Numbered from the stretch's first letter, positions 26,734-37,871 are shown. The stretch is DNA of 64,000 nucleotides from Flavobacteriales bacterium (GCA_020631555.1 JAHDGY010000001.1:45435-109434), one strand, 5' to 3'. Numbers and translations: made by a program. The notes: generated by a model not told the origin, from the sequence alone.

Positions 26734-29715
26734 TTAGTTTTTCAGTCGCTGGTCAGATTCTTTCTGAGCGGCTGCCAAAACCTTATCTGCCTGCTTCTTA
26801 GCCAATTCCTCCGTTTCGTTAGCAGTACGATTAGCTACGTCCTCTAACTTATTCGCCTGTTTATCTGTAGCATCCTCAGCTTGCGTAAACTTCTTATCGG
26901 CTGCTTTCTTGGCTAACTTGGCCGCCTCTCGAGCCGCGATTTTCTTTAACGGGTTAGAGATCTTTTCTACCTCAGCATCAGCCGCATCGTAGGCTTTCTT
27001 TCTTATTTTTTCAGCTTCTTCACGCTGCTTAGCCCGGAGCGCATCTGCCTGCTTTTTACCCTCTGACCGAATCCTCTCTGCCTCCTTTTTGCCAGTCGCC
27101 AAAATCCTATCAGCTTCTTCTCTCGCCTTTGCCAAAAGGTCATCTGCCTGCTTAGAAAGTTCTTCTTTAGCTTTGTCAATTCCAGCCTCCACTACACTTC
27201 CGACCACTGACTTACCTTCACTTCTTACAAAGTCAGTAACTATCTTAGGCTCGGTTACAGTACCCCCTAGCTTGGCATTTACTTTGATAACTTCCGGAAT
27301 TTTATCTCCAGCCGACAAGTTTAATCCATTAGCTGAAGCTAATTTATCCAATGCAGCCGCTCCTTTTTCCAGCAAGCCACCAAGTTCTGAACTTGGAACC
27401 TGCATTTTCAAATCATAATCTATTTCCTGTGTAAAAGCCGTTTTACCTCCAATATTCACATCCATTTTCCCCATCTTTATATCGAAAGGTTTTACGTGAA
27501 CATTTCCATCTTTAAACTCATAAAAAAGTTTAACGTCTTTAAAATTCTGTTTCGACAATCGGTCAATTTTCAGGGTTTGCGCCAGCTTGTTAAGTGGTTC
27601 AAATTTTTCAACATAAACATTCTGAACAAACAAGTCGCCCTTACCAGTCAGTGAATTGTAAACCGGTTCCATGTTTTGGTCCAATTGACCTTTCATACTT
27701 AAAGTAGTTGAAAACGCTCCTCTACAAGATTTAGCGATCGGGGCCAACTTCTCCACACTATTCACATAATGCGCAGTTTTACCAATATCCAAATTGCTAA
27801 CATCGTAGGTCAAATTCATTTCTGGAGCTTCCTTGTGATGAGTCGCATACATTCCATTCAAAGTAACTGAACCATCAAATACATCCATGCGCAAATTCTT
27901 TAAACTAGCAACTCCTTCTTTGGCTAAAATTTTTCCAGAAAGATTATCAATTAATATGCTGTCATACACTAATCGTTTGAATGTAGTGTTCAGGGTAAAA
28001 TCAACGTTTTCAGGAACCCTCACTACCCCTGAAGCCGAATCCATTGCTGGTTGCTCGGACTCTGAAGATTTTTCCGTATCCCCAGTAACTTCTGGAGAAG
28101 CTCCTTCTGGAGAAGCCATTAACTCATTAAGATCAAATTTATTTGATGTCAAATTAAATGTACCGTGCAGTAGCTCGTCCTTAAGCACATACCCCATATA
28201 ATTATCAATTGTCCCATTGGCCTGCAGATCACTAGTTCCTATCATGGCATCCAAGCTGGCCAACTCCAAATTAGATGGCGTAAAATTAAATTCCATTCTA
28301 TCCAACATTACATCGTAAGCGAGATCCCCAGAATGGTACTTCATGCTGTCAACAATCAAAGAACCTAAGGCCTTAAACTCGTCATAGCGCTCCTGTTCGA
28401 TGGAAGACATTCTTCCTTCCAAGGTTATGTTAGTGGTAATAATTCCATTATAATCTACACCTTCTCCAAGCGGAAATGCCTTGCTCAATTCAGCCAAATC
28501 CAAATACGCATTCAAATGACTAGCTATATTCGGGTCTGATAAAGGCTGTTCTACACGAGTATTAACATCAATCTTGTTTTCGAGAAAATCTAACTGCAAC
28601 TTTGGTACATCAACCAGCATTCTATCCATATCACTTCCTTCAGGATGACTTACCTTAGCCAACACATTAATATGCTCAACCTTGGCTGGCAGATCTGGAT
28701 ATTGGAAATAAGCATTTTCAATAGCCAAAGCTAAATCGAACTGAGGGAGAATATCACCCTTTAATTTACCCTTAGCCGCACCTTTCAAATCGAACTTACC
28801 ATCCGTTTTAACATCACCGAAATCAGGAACGTATGCACCTGGTACCATAGAAAGAATAGAGCTAAATGTTGTCTTCTTTGTATTAAAATTAACATCCATG
28901 TCCATACCATCTTCAAGCAACTGCAACCAGCCGTAAAATTGCAATCCAAGTGCATTGAAGTTAAAATCGTTATCGTCATCAAACGTGTAACGATTCTCCA
29001 ACATATTCATATTGACGTTACAAGTGATATCAGTCTTTACCTTACGGGCATAGGTTACACCATCCATTCTATATGTGATCCCGTCAGCAGTAGTCTTTGT
29101 CTTCAAATCAAAAATTTCTTCGGCAAAATCCCCAGCACCTTCATGTGAAAAGTTCTTTAATTCAGCGTAAATACCACCTGGATGATCATCGTAAATTATG
29201 TCAGCCTCTCGAATAAAATATTCCGAAACCACGAGTTTTAGCGGTGCTGCCTGTGTTGAATCAACTTCCTCATTATGTATACTATCCCCCGACGCTTTTG
29301 CTATATCATAGTTTGCAGTGCCATCATGAAGGACCAAAACATTAATCTTTGGTCGCAATAATCCTACAGAATGAATTTCAAACTCCTCTCCAGAGATTGT
29401 CTTCCACAAATCTAGGCTTAACGAAAGCTTTTCAATAGCAACCAATTGGACCCCTGCGAAATTATCAATTCCGTCAATCTGAAAACCATTGATTTCCAAA
29501 CCAAAATCAGGAAAAGTACTAATTAAAGATACGTCAAAACTATCCCAATCAACTCGTGCGTTTAAGTTGGCATTCGCCTCAGTCCTGGCCATGTCTATAA
29601 TTTGGTCGCGGAAAACGTATGGGACCGCAACTGCACCAATAACCAACAGTAATAAAACAATTAAACACCACTTTATCAACCTACTAAACAAACCTTTCTT
29701 CTTCTTTTTTACCAT
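26734..29715 (-). CDS. AsmA-family outer-membrane biogenesis protein with a Lys/Glu/Ala-rich coiled-coil tail
   Basis: 993 aa. An N-terminal anchor (KKKKGLFSRLIKWCLIVLLLLVIGAVAV) is followed by a long beta-rich body of AsmA type and then about 150 residues of KEEL/KKQAD-type charged helix. Confidence 0.75.
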   Translation of the reverse strand: MVKKKKKGLFSRLIKWCLIVLLLLVIGAVAVPYVFRDQIIDMARTEANANLNARVDWDSFDVSLISTFPDFGLEINGFQIDGIDNFAGVQLVAIEKLSLSLDLWKTISGEEFEIHSVGLLRPKINVLVLHDGTANYDIAKASGDSIHNEEVDSTQAAPLKLVVSEYFIREADIIYDDHPGGIYAELKNFSHEGAGDFAEEIFDLKTKTTADGITYRMDGVTYARKVKTDITCNVNMNMLENRYTFDDDNDFNFNALGLQFYGWLQLLEDGMDMDVNFNTKKTTFSSILSMVPGAYVPDFGDVKTDGKFDLKGAAKGKLKGDILPQFDLALAIENAYFQYPDLPAKVEHINVLAKVSHPEGSDMDRMLVDVPKLQLDFLENKIDVNTRVEQPLSDPNIASHLNAYLDLAELSKAFPLGEGVDYNGIITTNITLEGRMSSIEQERYDEFKALGSLIVDSMKYHSGDLAYDVMLDRMEFNFTPSNLELASLDAMIGTSDLQANGTIDNYMGYVLKDELLHGTFNLTSNKFDLNELMASPEGASPEVTGDTEKSSESEQPAMDSASGVVRVPENVDFTLNTTFKRLVYDSILIDNLSGKILAKEGVASLKNLRMDVFDGSVTLNGMYATHHKEAPEMNLTYDVSNLDIGKTAHYVNSVEKLAPIAKSCRGAFSTTLSMKGQLDQNMEPVYNSLTGKGDLFVQNVYVEKFEPLNKLAQTLKIDRLSKQNFKDVKLFYEFKDGNVHVKPFDIKMGKMDVNIGGKTAFTQEIDYDLKMQVPSSELGGLLEKGAAALDKLASANGLNLSAGDKIPEVIKVNAKLGGTVTEPKIVTDFVRSEGKSVVGSVVEAGIDKAKEELSKQADDLLAKAREEADRILATGKKEAERIRSEGKKQADALRAKQREEAEKIRKKAYDAADAEVEKISNPLKKIAAREAAKLAKKAADKKFTQAEDATDKQANKLEDVANRTANETEELAKKQADKVLAAAQKESDQRLKN

Positions 29716-29876
29716 ACTGAATGAACTTTATTGGCTTAAATGTAACGCTTTGAAAATAAAGACTCAAATTCTACAATACTATCCCATTCTAACGCTCCAC
29801 AAGTCTTGTCATGATTAAGTTTGACCGTTTTACACAACAAATTGTTGACAGGCTTTGTTGTCTGCGAAATTAGTTT

Positions 29877-29884
29877 TACATTTG
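29877..29884 (+). promoter_or_regulatory. Candidate -7 promoter box for rplM-rpsI
   Basis: TACATTTG is an exact match to TAnnTTTG, 47 nt before GTG 29931. TTG-containing sequence (CTTTGTTG) lies about 20 nt upstream. Confidence 0.4.
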
Positions 29885-29930
29885 CAGCCGTTTACATTCG
29901 CGGTACTCACTTAATTAAAGCTTAAAGAAC

Positions 29931-30386
29931 GTGGACACACTAAGTTATAGAACAATTTCAGCTAATAAAGAGACTGTCAATAAAGATTGGGTTTTGATTG
30001 ATGCAGACGGGCAAACTTTGGGACGCCTGGCTAGCACTGTTGCAAAACTAATTAGAGGAAAGCACAAGACAAATTTTACCCCACACGTGGACTGCGGTGA
30101 TAACGTGATTGTAATAAACGCAGAAAAAGTAGAATTGTCTGGAAATAAATGGGAGGATAAGGTTTATTTGCGACACACTGGTTATCCAGGTGGACAAAGA
30201 AGTCTTACTGCTGCCGAATTATTGAACAAACGTCCAGAAAGAATTGTGGAAAAGGCGGTTCGAGGAATGTTGCCAAAAAACAAGCTGGGCTCGGCGATCT
30301 ATAAAAATCTACATGTAGTGATAGGAGCTGAACATAAACATGAGGCTCAAAAGCCAAAAAAACTAGATATTAATAGTATTAAGTAA
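29931..30386 (+). CDS. rplM: 50S ribosomal protein L13
   Basis: 151 aa with a GTG start. It carries [18 protein letters not shown]...[23 protein letters not shown]...RHTGYPGG. Confidence 0.95.
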   Translation: MDTLSYRTISANKETVNKDWVLIDADGQTLGRLASTVAKLIRGKHKTNFTPHVDCGDNVIVINAEKVELSGNKWEDKVYLRHTGYPGGQRSLTAAELLNKRPERIVEKAVRGMLPKNKLGSAIYKNLHVVIGAEHKHEAQKPKKLDINSIK

Positions 30387-30390
30387 TAAT

Positions 30391-30777
30391 ATGTCTGTAA
30401 TTAATACGATTGGAAGAAGAAAAAGTGCTGTTGCCAGAATTTATATGCAGGAAGGAAAAGGCGCAGTAACGATCAACAACAGGGACTATAAAGAGTATTT
30501 CCCAGTTGGAACATTACAGTACAAAATTGAGCAACCTTTTGCTTTAACTGAAACTACTGGTCAATTTGACGTTAAAGTAAACGTAAAAGGTGGTGGATTT
30601 AATGGACAAGCCGAGGCTGTTCGTCTTGCAATTGCAAGAGCACTTGTTGAAGCAGATGCTGAGAACAAACCGGCTCTTAAAGCTGATTCGCTTATGACAC
30701 GTGATCCAAGAATGGTTGAGCGTAAAAAGCCAGGTCAACCTAAGGCTCGTAAGAAATTCCAGTTTAGCAAGCGTTAA
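30391..30777 (+). CDS. rpsI: 30S ribosomal protein S9
   Basis: 128 aa with GRRKSAVARI...VKGGGFNGQAEAVRLAIARAL...TRDPRMVERKKPGQPKARKKFQFSKR. Confidence 0.95.
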   Translation: MSVINTIGRRKSAVARIYMQEGKGAVTINNRDYKEYFPVGTLQYKIEQPFALTETTGQFDVKVNVKGGGFNGQAEAVRLAIARALVEADAENKPALKADSLMTRDPRMVERKKPGQPKARKKFQFSKR

Positions 30778-30899
30778 TATTGAAATCTTAAAAGAGGGCG
30801 ATTGCGAGAGATTGTAACCGCTTGTTTAGCATCTAAGCCTAAAAATAGGCTGCCATCCGCAATGGCTTGGTTATATAAAGAACGTAAACAAAAACAAAA

Positions 30900-31667
30900 A
30901 TGGCGAAAGCAAACTTCAAAGATCTTTTGAATGCTGGTGTTCACTTTGGACACTTAAAAAGAAAGTGGAACCCAAACATGGCTCCTTACATTTTCGATGA
31001 GAAAAAAGGAATTCATGTAATTGACCTCAATAAGACGGTTGTAAAAATTGAAGAGGCCGCAGCAGCGATGAGATCAATTGCTAAATCAGGTAGAAAAATA
31101 TTATTTGTTGCAACTAAAAAGCAGGCAAAAGAAATAGTTGCCAATCAAGTTAAAGGCATTAATATGCCTTATGTTACCGAACGTTGGACCGGTGGAATGT
31201 TGACCAACTTTTCTACGACCAGAAAGTCAATTAGAAAGATGAACAACATTGACAAGATGGCAACGGACGGAACTTTTAGCAATATGTCTAAGAGAGAACG
31301 ACTTCAGTTGACGCGTCAAAGGGAAAAACTTGACAAAACTTTAGGAAGTATTGCGGACATGACAAGATTACCTGCCGCAATTTTCATCGTTGACATTATG
31401 AAAGAACATATTGCTCTTGCTGAAGCTAAGAAACTGGGTATTCCTACGTTTGCGATGATTGATACCAACTCGGACCCTAGAATGGTTGACTTTGTTATTC
31501 CGAGTAATGACGACGCTACAAAATCTATTGAAATGGTGGTTTCAATTATGTGCAACTCGATTAAAGAAGGATTAACGGAAAGAAAAGCGGCTAAAGTGAA
31601 GGCTGCGGCGGACAAATCGGATCCAAAGAAGGAAGAAAAAGCAACTCCTGCTGAAACCGCTGAATAA
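30900..31667 (+). CDS. rpsB: 30S ribosomal protein S2
   Basis: 255 aa with [24 protein letters not shown]...[10 protein letters not shown]...[13 protein letters not shown]. Confidence 0.95.
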   Translation: MAKANFKDLLNAGVHFGHLKRKWNPNMAPYIFDEKKGIHVIDLNKTVVKIEEAAAAMRSIAKSGRKILFVATKKQAKEIVANQVKGINMPYVTERWTGGMLTNFSTTRKSIRKMNNIDKMATDGTFSNMSKRERLQLTRQREKLDKTLGSIADMTRLPAAIFIVDIMKEHIALAEAKKLGIPTFAMIDTNSDPRMVDFVIPSNDDATKSIEMVVSIMCNSIKEGLTERKAAKVKAAADKSDPKKEEKATPAETAE

Positions 31668-31699
31668 ATAATTCGATACAATTAAATAAAGCATAAATC

Positions 31700-32524
31700 A
31701 TGGCTATTACCGCTAAGGAAGTAAACGAGCTAAGAAAAAAGACTGGCGCTGGAATGATGGATTGCAAGAAAGCCTTAACAGAGGCTAACGGCGACATGGA
31801 TGCAGCGATTGATTTGTTGAGAAAAAAGGGGCAAAAAGTTGCCGCTAAAAGAGGAGATAGGGAGGCAAGTGAAGGATTGGTTATTGCAAAAAGCACAGAA
31901 TCTGGAAAAGGCTTTTTGCTTTGCTTAAATTGCGAAACTGATTTCGTTGCTAAAAATGAAGACTTTGGGAAATTAGCCAATGCATTTATTGACTTGGCTA
32001 TTGAAACTAATTCTTCTTCAAAAGAAGAGTTACTAGGCGCAACATTCGAAGGAAATACTGTTGCAGACAAAATAGTGGAACAAACGGGGGTAATTGGTGA
32101 GAAAATTGAAATCTCTGAATTCCAGTTTATAGAAGCTCCTAAAGTAGTTGCGTACAATCATCCTGGTAATCAAATCGCTTCGATTGTAGGTTTGAGTAAA
32201 GACGGTGATTTCGAAGATACTGGAAGGCAAGTTGCAATGCAGGTTGCTGCAATGGCTCCTATCGCTGTGGACAAAGATTCAGTTTCTCAAGAAGTAATTG
32301 ACAAAGAAGTTGAAATTGGGAAAGAATTGGCGATTCAGGAGGGCAAGCCAGCTGATATGGCGGAGAAAATCGCTTTGGGACGGTTGAATAAATTCTTCAA
32401 AGAAAATACTCTTTTAAACCAACAATTCATTAGAGACAACAAAAAGTCTGTTTCGCAATTCCTTAAGGAATCTGCTGATGACTTGACCGTTACTGATTTT
32501 AAACGAGTATCGTTGTCAGTTTAA
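31700..32524 (+). CDS. tsf: translation elongation factor Ts
   Basis: 274 aa with ITAKEVNELRKKTGAGMMDCKKALTEANGDMDAAIDLLRKKG and CETDFVAKNEDF. Confidence 0.95.
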   Translation: MAITAKEVNELRKKTGAGMMDCKKALTEANGDMDAAIDLLRKKGQKVAAKRGDREASEGLVIAKSTESGKGFLLCLNCETDFVAKNEDFGKLANAFIDLAIETNSSSKEELLGATFEGNTVADKIVEQTGVIGEKIEISEFQFIEAPKVVAYNHPGNQIASIVGLSKDGDFEDTGRQVAMQVAAMAPIAVDKDSVSQEVIDKEVEIGKELAIQEGKPADMAEKIALGRLNKFFKENTLLNQQFIRDNKKSVSQFLKESADDLTVTDFKRVSLSV

Positions 32525-32548
32525 CTGAACTTACTAATTGTAAAAAAA

Positions 32549-32571
32549 GGGGCTTTTTAGTCCCTTTTTTT
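32549..32571 (+). terminator. Intrinsic terminator after tsf
   Basis: GGGGCT-TTTT-AGTCCC forms a 6-bp stem (one G-U pair) with a tetraloop, followed by a run of seven T residues. It begins 25 nt after the tsf stop. Confidence 0.6.
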
Positions 32572-32603
32572 ATGTCCAAACTTCTCAGAAACCTATTGCT
32601 TTT

Positions 32604-32611
32604 TATATTTG
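32604..32611 (+). promoter_or_regulatory. Candidate -7 promoter box for pyrH
   Basis: TATATTTG is an exact match to TAnnTTTG, 26 nt before ATG 32637 and just downstream of the tsf terminator. Confidence 0.35.
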
Positions 32612-32636
32612 AACTGTTCTGTACAATTAAACTCAC

Positions 32637-33344
32637 ATGAAATATAAACGAATACTACTTAAACTCAGTGGAGAGGCCTTAATGGGCGATAAGAACTTTG
32701 GTATTGACAATTCTAGACTGCTGCAATATGCAAATGAGATAAAAAGTATTTCTGAACTAGGAGTCCAAATTGCCATTGTAGTGGGTGGAGGCAACATATT
32801 CCGAGGCGTACAAGCAGAACAGGGTGGAATGGAAAGAACTCAAGGTGACTACATGGGAATGTTAGCCACCATGGTTAACAGTATGGCATTGCAGGCTTCG
32901 CTAGAATCAGTTGGAATGGAAACAAGGTTACAATCCGCCATAGAAATGAAAGAAATTGCGGAACCATTTATTCGAAGAAAGGCGGTACGACATCTGGAAA
33001 AAAATCGAATCGTAATCTTTGGCGCTGGATCCGGAAATCCATACTTTACTACTGACTCAGCTGCGTCTTTAAGAGCAATAGAAGTAGACGCAGATGTTAT
33101 CTTAAAAGGAACTAGAGTAGACGGGATTTATACTGCCGATCCTGAAAAGGACCCATCAGCACAAAAATATGATAAGCTAACCTTTGACGAGGCGTACAGT
33201 AAAGGACTTAGTATAATGGACATGACCGCCTTTACCTTGTGTAAGGAGAATAATCTGCCTATTATTGTATTTGATATGAATACCCCCGGAAATCTAATGA
33301 AAGTTATCCATGGAACCGAGGAAGGAACCCTAGTTGAAGCTTAG
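32637..33344 (+). CDS. pyrH: UMP kinase
   Basis: 235 aa with [38 protein letters not shown] and [16 protein letters not shown]. Confidence 0.95.
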   Translation: MKYKRILLKLSGEALMGDKNFGIDNSRLLQYANEIKSISELGVQIAIVVGGGNIFRGVQAEQGGMERTQGDYMGMLATMVNSMALQASLESVGMETRLQSAIEMKEIAEPFIRRKAVRHLEKNRIVIFGAGSGNPYFTTDSAASLRAIEVDADVILKGTRVDGIYTADPEKDPSAQKYDKLTFDEAYSKGLSIMDMTAFTLCKENNLPIIVFDMNTPGNLMKVIHGTEEGTLVEA

Positions 33345-33387
33345 TCCATTTACCGAATTATAGTGTTTCTTGATCGAATCAAATAGG

Positions 33388-33738
33388 ATGCACTCACTCA
33401 TAAATTTTGAGCAATCCGACAACTTTGACGTAATCCTTAAACAGGGTACAGAACAATTAGTTAAAGATCTAGTTTTAGCGGGAGTGCAATTCGAATTTTC
33501 GGTCACCTCCTTGCCAGATCTGATTCAAGCCATTCGTGATTTGGTCAAACAACTACATCATACTAACGCACAGTCACTGTTCAACTTTTTATATCGTCTT
33601 GATTTACCTGAAAAGCAAGTTCTTCTTCTGCAAAAACAACATAACGAGATAAATTTCATTGAAGAGCTAGCAAAAGAGATTGTTAAGAAAACTTTTACCA
33701 AAGTGATTTTCAGAAACAACCTGAAGAAAAAATCGTAA
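33388..33738 (+). CDS. Hypothetical small helical protein
   Basis: 116 aa from ATG 33388 (a TTG at 33370 is possible). I recognise no family. The ORF is uninterrupted and fills the gap between pyrH and sucA on the same strand. Coding status is supported only by length and position. Confidence 0.45.
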   Translation: MHSLINFEQSDNFDVILKQGTEQLVKDLVLAGVQFEFSVTSLPDLIQAIRDLVKQLHHTNAQSLFNFLYRLDLPEKQVLLLQKQHNEINFIEELAKEIVKKTFTKVIFRNNLKKKS

Positions 33739-33802
33739 GGTTAAACTTAATTTCTATTATTTCACCGATATCTAAGGTGGCATAAAATTGTAATTTTACG
33801 CT

Positions 33803-33810
33803 TACCTTTG
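33803..33810 (+). promoter_or_regulatory. Candidate -7 promoter box for sucAB
   Basis: TACCTTTG is an exact match to TAnnTTTG, 18 nt before ATG 33828. Confidence 0.3.
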
Positions 33811-33827
33811 GACAGAATAGACAAGTG

Positions 33828-36578
33828 ATGGATAAATACTCTTATTTGAGCAATGCAGATAGCTCTACCGTTGAAGAGTTGTACAACCAATATCTACAAG
33901 ATGCGAACTCTGTAGAAGATGGTTGGAGAAGGTTTTTTGAGGGATTCGAATTTGCCAGAAGTAACTTTGAAGAATCGGGAGCAGTTCTCCATAACATGCA
34001 CAAAGAATTTAAGGTAATCAACCTTATTAATGGTTATCGCTCTCGTGGGCATTTGTTTACCAAAACCAATCCTGTTAGGGAGCGAAGAACTTATAAGCCA
34101 ACCCTTGAAATAGAAGAATTTGGTTTAGAGAAATCTGACCTGAATTCAGTTTTTCAAGCGGGAGCAGAGATCGGAATTGGCCCCAAACCACTCAACGAAA
34201 TCATCCAACACTTAGAAGATACTTATTGTCAATCTATTGGCATCGAGTACCAATATATTAGGCACCCCAACAGGGTGGAATGGATTCGAAACAATGTAGA
34301 GCTGCACAACAGGCCTCAACTTGACAAGAATAGAAAAACTCACATTCTTCACAAGCTCAACCAAGCAACGGTTTTTGAACAATTCTTACAGAAAAAATTT
34401 GTCGGTCAAAAGCGTTTTTCATTAGAGGGGGGTGAGGCACTAATTCCCGCTTTAGACGCTCTAATTGAAAAAGGGGCTACTTTAGGCGTAAAAGAGTTTG
34501 TTATGGGTATGGCCCATCGGGGTCGACTAAATGTTCTTGCAAATATCTTTAATAAAACATACGACGCAATTTTCAGTGAATTCGAGGGGAAAGAATATGA
34601 GGACAGTCTATTCGATGGGGATGTTAAATACCACCTCGGATATTCTTGTGAAATAGAATCAGGGGAAGGAAATCTGTTGCAATTGACCTTAGCCCCCAAT
34701 CCATCGCATCTCGAGGCTGTAGATCCGGTTGTTGAGGGAATTTCAAGATCGAAAATTGACCACGAATTAAATGGAGATTTCTCCAAACTTGTACCAATCT
34801 TAATCCACGGTGACGCAGCTGTTGCAGGACAAGGAGTCGTCTACGAAGTTGTACAAATGGCTCAACTTGAAGGATATAAAACTGGAGGAACGATTCATGT
34901 TGTAATTAACAATCAGGTTGGTTTTACCACCAATTACAAAGATTCGCGATCTAGCACCTATTGTACTGATGTTGCAAAAACCACACTTTGTCCTGTGTTA
35001 CACGTAAACGGCGACGATATAGAAGCTGTTGTACAGGCAATGGATATAGCGCTTGCATATCGTCAGGAGTTTTCTCGAGACGTCTTCATTGATCTACTTT
35101 GCTACAGAAAATATGGGCATAATGAAGGAGATGAACCAAAATTCACACAACCACAATTATATAAGGCAATTGCTAAACATCCCTCTCCACGAGAAATATA
35201 TTTGAAACAACTTATATATCAAAAGGTTGTAGGTGCAAATGAAGGAATAGCATTGGAAAAAGCTTTTGATGATATGTTGCAAGATCGTTTAGCTGATTCC
35301 AAACAAATAGAAAAAGCATATGTAACGCATTTCATGGAAAAAAAATGGGCTCATTTGCGAAGAGCTACAGATGCAGATTTCGAAACTCCATCCAAAACTA
35401 GTTACAATTTAAAAGCTTTAAAGGAACTTGCGATTAAATTAAACACTCTTCCTGAAGGTAGAAAGTACTTCCGAAAAATTGTGAAGCTACTAAAAGATCG
35501 CATTTCGATGCTTGAGTCAGATAAACTTGATTGGGCAATGGGTGAACTCCTTGCTTACGCCACACTTCTTGAAGAAGGGCACCCAATTCGAATTTCTGGA
35601 CAGGATGTTGAACGAGGAACATTTTCTCATCGCCATGCGGTTATCAAAACGGAAGATACCGAGGAAGAAATAATCCCATTGAATCTTTTAAGCAATAAAC
35701 AAGCAAAGCTTGATATTTATAATTCTCCTCTCTCAGAATATGGGGTTCTGGGTTTTGATTATGGCTATGCCTTCAATACACCTGATGGACTAATTATCTG
35801 GGAAGCTCAATTTGGAGACTTCAATAATGGCGCTCAGATCATATTTGACCAGTTTCTAAGTGCTGCAGAAGATAAGTGGGGTACAATGAATGGCTTGGTA
35901 ATTCTGCTTCCACACGGATACGAGGGAATGGGGTCTGAACATTCAAGTGGCCGTTTAGAAAGATTTTTGACTCTGTGCGCAGAAAACAATATGCAAATAG
36001 CCAATTGTACTACGCCTGCTAATTTCTTTCACCTTTTAAGACGACAACTCAAGCGAGAATTTAGAAAACCACTCGTTGTCTTTACTCCAAAAAAGCTTCT
36101 TCGTTATCCTAGAGCGGTCTCTAAAATTGATGAATTGGCAAACGGCTCTTTTCAGGAAGTTATTGACGACACATCGGTTAAGGCTAAAAATGTAGATACC
36201 GTTGTGCTTTGTTCTGGAAAACTTTACTACGACATAGTCGAAGAAAGAGAACGTTTTGGGAACGGTGAAGATGACAGCAACATTGCTGTTGTTCGAGTTG
36301 AACAATTATACCCGCTGCCTAAATATCAACTTGACGCAATAGTTGAAAAGTATGGATCTGAGTGCAAGTTTATTTGGGCTCAGGAAGAACCAGAAAACAT
36401 GGGTGCTTGGTCCTTCATGTTGCGCAGATACAGAACTGTCCATTTAGATTGTGTTTCTAGATCAGAATCTGGGAGCCCTGCGTCGGGCTCGCCTAAAGTT
36501 CATCAAATCAGACATCAAGCTATTTTGGATCAGCTAATGTCAAATCTTAAAGAGCCTTTGGCTTCAATTAAAAAATAA
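33828..36578 (+). CDS. sucA: 2-oxoglutarate dehydrogenase E1 component
   Basis: About 916 aa with the N-terminal string YLSNADSSTVEELYNQY, the ThDP region IHGDAAVAGQGVVYE, and RMLRR-type C-terminal domains. It is followed by the E2 gene. Confidence 0.93.
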   Translation: MDKYSYLSNADSSTVEELYNQYLQDANSVEDGWRRFFEGFEFARSNFEESGAVLHNMHKEFKVINLINGYRSRGHLFTKTNPVRERRTYKPTLEIEEFGLEKSDLNSVFQAGAEIGIGPKPLNEIIQHLEDTYCQSIGIEYQYIRHPNRVEWIRNNVELHNRPQLDKNRKTHILHKLNQATVFEQFLQKKFVGQKRFSLEGGEALIPALDALIEKGATLGVKEFVMGMAHRGRLNVLANIFNKTYDAIFSEFEGKEYEDSLFDGDVKYHLGYSCEIESGEGNLLQLTLAPNPSHLEAVDPVVEGISRSKIDHELNGDFSKLVPILIHGDAAVAGQGVVYEVVQMAQLEGYKTGGTIHVVINNQVGFTTNYKDSRSSTYCTDVAKTTLCPVLHVNGDDIEAVVQAMDIALAYRQEFSRDVFIDLLCYRKYGHNEGDEPKFTQPQLYKAIAKHPSPREIYLKQLIYQKVVGANEGIALEKAFDDMLQDRLADSKQIEKAYVTHFMEKKWAHLRRATDADFETPSKTSYNLKALKELAIKLNTLPEGRKYFRKIVKLLKDRISMLESDKLDWAMGELLAYATLLEEGHPIRISGQDVERGTFSHRHAVIKTEDTEEEIIPLNLLSNKQAKLDIYNSPLSEYGVLGFDYGYAFNTPDGLIIWEAQFGDFNNGAQIIFDQFLSAAEDKWGTMNGLVILLPHGYEGMGSEHSSGRLERFLTLCAENNMQIANCTTPANFFHLLRRQLKREFRKPLVVFTPKKLLRYPRAVSKIDELANGSFQEVIDDTSVKAKNVDTVVLCSGKLYYDIVEERERFGNGEDDSNIAVVRVEQLYPLPKYQLDAIVEKYGSECKFIWAQEEPENMGAWSFMLRRYRTVHLDCVSRSESGSPASGSPKVHQIRHQAILDQLMSNLKEPLASIKK

Positions 36579-36593
36579 AAGAATTAGAATAAG

Positions 36594-37844
36594 ATGTCAG
36601 TCTTAGAGATGAAAGTCCCAAGTCCAGGTGAATCCATTTCAGAAGTGGAAATCGCTGAATGGTTGGTTGAGGATGGAGATTATGTGGAAAAAGATCAAGC
36701 AATTGCAGAAGTTGACTCTGACAAGGCTACGCTAGAATTACCAGCGGAACAAGCAGGGACCATAACCCTTAAAGCGGAGGTTGGTGATGTAGTTGCCGTA
36801 GGAGCAGTAGTATGTCATATCGATACCTCGGCTCCTGCCCAAGAGAGAAAGGCTGCTCCAAAGTCTCAAGCGCAGGAAGAAGCCAGTCCAGATCCTGCTC
36901 CTGTTGCTGAACCTACACCAACAAAGCAAACTGAAAAGACTAATTACGCTACAGGTCATCCATCGGTCGCTGCAAAGAAAATCATGCACGAAAATGGTAT
37001 CGCTCCGACTATGATTCAAGGGTCTGGAAAAGATGGTAGAATCACTAAGCAAGATGTAATTGCCTCCATGTCAGCTGGATTCGACATAGCTCAAACTCTT
37101 GGATGGGGAGGAACTAGAGACACAGAATCGAAGAAAATGTCTATGCTGCGTCGTAAGGTCGCTTCCAGGCTGGTTTCGGTGAAGAATGAGACTGCAATGT
37201 TGACAACGTTCAACGAAGTTGACATGAAGCCGATTATGGATATAAGAAAGCAATACAAAGACAAGTTTAAGGAAACACACGGCGTGGGTCTTGGATTCAT
37301 GTCTTTCTTTACTAAAGCTTGTACAGAGGCTTTAAACTTATTTCCTCAGGTCAATTCCATGATTGATGGTGATCATATGATTTCGCACAATTACGCGGAC
37401 ATTGGAATCGCCGTAAGCTCTCCGAAAGGATTGATGGTCCCTATTGTACGGAACGCAGAACAATTGACGCTACATGAAATTGAAGCTGAAATAAAACGGC
37501 TTGCAATCAAGGCTAGGGATGGTAAAATTTCCATCGATGAAATGACTGGTGGAACTTTCACAATTACCAATGGTGGTGTATTTGGTTCAATGCTATCAAC
37601 GCCCATCATAAATCCTCCACAATCTGCGATTCTTGGAATGCACAATATTGTAGAACGACCAGTTGCAATAAATGGAAAGGTTGTAATTCGACCAATCATG
37701 TATGTAGCACTCAGTTACGACCATAGAATTATTGATGGAAAAGAATCTGTTGGCTTCTTGAAAACGGTCAAAGAAATGCTAGAAAATCCTTCTACAATGA
37801 TATTTGGCGCCAAGAAACCCGAAGAAATTTTGCTTAATCTTTGA
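36594..37844 (+). CDS. sucB: dihydrolipoyllysine-residue succinyltransferase (E2 of 2-oxoglutarate dehydrogenase)
   Basis: 416 aa. It has a lipoyl domain with [13 protein letters not shown], an Ala/Pro-rich linker, a peripheral-subunit-binding segment ([14 protein letters not shown]), and a catalytic domain with SYDHRIIDG. Confidence 0.93.
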   Translation: MSVLEMKVPSPGESISEVEIAEWLVEDGDYVEKDQAIAEVDSDKATLELPAEQAGTITLKAEVGDVVAVGAVVCHIDTSAPAQERKAAPKSQAQEEASPDPAPVAEPTPTKQTEKTNYATGHPSVAAKKIMHENGIAPTMIQGSGKDGRITKQDVIASMSAGFDIAQTLGWGGTRDTESKKMSMLRRKVASRLVSVKNETAMLTTFNEVDMKPIMDIRKQYKDKFKETHGVGLGFMSFFTKACTEALNLFPQVNSMIDGDHMISHNYADIGIAVSSPKGLMVPIVRNAEQLTLHEIEAEIKRLAIKARDGKISIDEMTGGTFTITNGGVFGSMLSTPIINPPQSAILGMHNIVERPVAINGKVVIRPIMYVALSYDHRIIDGKESVGFLKTVKEMLENPSTMIFGAKKPEEILLNL

Positions 37845-37871
37845 TAAAAGGAAACAGCTATTAATCATTTC

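Noticed and set aside
31591-32157. 188-aa ORF antisense to rpsB/tsf. Similar long antisense ORFs occur at 7082-7498, 8417-8758, 34406-34786, 37391-37699 and 53926-54423.
   Set aside because: Each lies entirely opposite a confidently identified, conserved gene. Their products are low-complexity or hydrophobic strings with no recognisable motifs. They are shadow ORFs, as expected in long genes.
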